A stretch of 64,000 bases of DNA, taken from the NCBI RefSeq assembly GCF_009914755.1, contig NC_060927.1; one strand, written 5' to 3'. Below the pieces are notes generated by a model. That model searched no databases, was not told the origin of the DNA, and saw nothing but the letters and a program-made list of their open reading frames with translations. This DNA is from the human T2T-CHM13v2.0 reference genome, Homo sapiens. Below, piece after piece: positions 61,651-64,000 of the stretch; position 1 is the first letter of the stretch; each line of letters starts with the position of its first letter. Position numbers and translations under genes: made by a program.

Positions 61651-62639
61651 TGGTCAGACTTTTAAAATAATATAATTAGAAATAAATTTGTGTTTTCCAC
61701 CAGCGCTTTAGGTTGCAAATTATTCAAAATTACTGAATCATGTCCAAATATTCTAATTGTTATAATAATTCTGTTAGAAGAGGAGCCACATATGGGAGTA
61801 ATTAAATACACACTTGTTTCTATTTTAGGGTAACGTGGAAAAGCCTAGGGACTTAAATATCTGCCCACTCATGTAATTTCCTGGGTAGATCATAAATCAA
61901 CGTTAATAAGTCCAAAGTATCAATTTTTGATGGGTCTGGAATTTGCACATATATATTTCATAATGAATCAGTGTAGGTCATTTCTTTATCAGCAAAGACA
62001 TGTGCCATTATAATTATACTAATCTTAGTGGAAAGTGCTAAGTTAAGGTCATACAAGTCAATTAAGCTTTGTTGAATGGGATAAACTAAAATAAATAATT
62101 ATATACTGGTACAAGAATGATGTGTTGGATACAGAGTTACATCATTCTTGTAAGTCCATTTCTTGATCTATTCATTAACAAGTATTTACTGGTAAAAGAC
62201 AACTTGGTGTAAATCTGATTAACTACTTGCTAACAGGCATACAGCAACTACCTCATAGCTTCAAATCTCTCTTATCTTTAAATTAGTGACAAAAAATGCC
62301 CAACTTCACAAGATTGCTGTAGAATTCAAAATACATTAGAATTCAAAATACAGTAAAAGTGGCATTTAATATCTCTGCAGTAAATATTATCTCAGTCTAA
62401 ACACCTCTCTATAAAGGGTTTCTTGAACCATAAATTATTGGACAAGAATACATTTTACATCCTTTCTAAATCTAACCTTTGATAGTACTACAAATTCACC
62501 ATGCCTAAATGTCAGAACTAGATACTGGGATATTGTTCCAGATTCTTCTTTGCAATGGATGTTTCTAAAATAAAATGTGTATCAACCTTATTCCATAATT
62601 TTAATCAAAGTATATCGTGTATGGAAACAGATAATGTTT

Positions 62640-64000
62640 CTTTAAAAACTTTTATATTAAGTTCAGGGCTAGAAGTGCAAGTTTGTTACATAGGTAAACT
62701 TGTGTCATGGGGGTTTGTTGTATAGATTATTTTGTCACCCAAGTATTAAGCCTAGTACCCATTGTTTTTCTTGATCCTCTCCTTCCTCCCAACCTTCACC
62801 CTCCAAAAGGCCCTAATGTGTGTTTTTCCCCTCTATGTGTCCATGTGTACTCATCATTTATCTCCCACTTATAAGTGAGAACATCTGGTGTTTGATTTTC
62901 TGTTTCTGTGTTAGTTTGCTAGGGATAAGGGCCTCCATCTCCATCCATGTCCCTGCAAAGGACGTGATTTCATTCTATTTTATCACTGCATAGTATTCCA
63001 TGGTGTACATTACTACATTTTCCTTAGTCTATCATTGATAAGTATTTAGGTTGATTCCATGTCTTTGCTATTGTGAATACCGCTGCAATGAACGTACACA
63101 TGCATGTGTCTTTATAATAGAATGATTTATATTCCTTTGGGTATATACCTAGTAACGGGGTTGCTGGGTCAAATGGTATTTCTGTCTTTTGGTGTTTGAG
63201 GAATCGCAACACTGTCTTCCACAATGGTTGAACTAATTTACACTCCCACCAGCAGTGTAGAAGTGTTCTTTATGCTCCACAACCTTGCCAGTGTCTGTTA
63301 TTTTATTGACTTTTTAATAATAGCCATTCTGACTACTGTGAGATGGTATCTCATTTTCATTTTGATTTGCATTTCTCTAATGATCAGTGATGTTGAGATT
63401 TTCTCATGATTGTTGGCTGCATGCATGTCTTCTTTGCAAAGAGTCTGTTCATGTCCTTTGCCCACTTTTTAATGGGGTTGTTTTTTTATTTAAATTTGTT
63501 TAAGTTCCTTATAGATGCTGGATATTTGTCAGATGGATAGACTGCAAAAATTTTCTCTCATTCTGTAGGTAGTCTGTTTATTCTGCTGATAGTTTCTTTT
63601 GCTGTACAGAAGCTCTTTAGTTTAATTGGATCCCATTTGTCAATGTTTTCTTTTGTTGCAATTGCTTTTGTTGTCTTTGTCATGAAATCTTTTCCCATGC
63701 ATATGTCCTGAATTGTACTGCTTAGGTTGTCTTTCAGGGTTTCTATAGTTTTGGGTTTTACATTTAAGTCTTTAATCCACCTTGAGTTAATTTTTGTGTA
63801 CGGTGTAAGAAAGGGGTCCAGTTTCAATCTTCTGCATATGGCTAACCAGTTATCCCAGTACCATTTATTGAATAGGGAATCCTTTCGCCATTGCTTGGTT
63901 TTGTCAGGTTTGTCAAAGATTAGATATTTGTAAGTGTGTGGTCTCATATCCAGATTCTGTATTCTGTTCTATTGGTTTATGTGTCCCTTTTGGACCAGTA
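62640..64000 (-). mobile_element. L1PA13/14-like 3' UTR and ORF2 C-terminus; runs off the window
   Basis: Antisense 3' UTR 'gtttgttacataggtaaacttgtgtcatggggg'; ORF2 peptides '[54 protein letters not shown]' and 'EIPFDPATPLLGIYPKEYK'. Confidence 0.93.

Noticed and set aside
63024-63947. Active L1 ORF2
   Set aside because: Broken into short frames by stops and indels; old L1PA subfamily.

Overview
This window is hominid (great ape or human) intergenic or deep-intronic DNA, AT-rich and dominated by transposable elements. I cannot support any host protein-coding gene or intact RNA gene. Almost every ORF in the track comes from repeats. Main contents, in order: (1) a nested L1M / MST / LTR12C / L1PA / L1MC / L1MA stack at 1.5-10.3 kb; (2) a MER50-type LTR split by an internally deleted HERV-L provirus with MLT2A LTRs (15.6-19.0 kb); (3) a minus-strand class-I ERV provirus with LTR1-family LTRs, a tRNA-Pro primer site and decayed gag-pro-pol, itself carrying MLT2A2, Alu and THE1 insertions (22.3-30.9 kb); (4) a full-length THE1D-type MaLR (38.3-40.6 kb); (5) a full-length SVA (SVA_B-like) with a 17-18 bp target-site duplication (TSD), whose 5' hexamer region has grown into a ~720 bp, 24-unit compound minisatellite (45.3-47.6 kb); (6) several Alus, L2/MIR relics, DNA transposons, a MamSINE1 and an L1PA 3' end at the right edge. 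I found no convincing new biological system. The most notable observations are the homogenised SVA 5' minisatellite, an apparent L1 twin-priming insertion with target deletion, a collapsed LTR12C enhancer, a gained perfect DUX4 motif in an MLT2A2 LTR and a strong CTCF motif. Subfamily names come from recalled consensus sequences, not from a database search.
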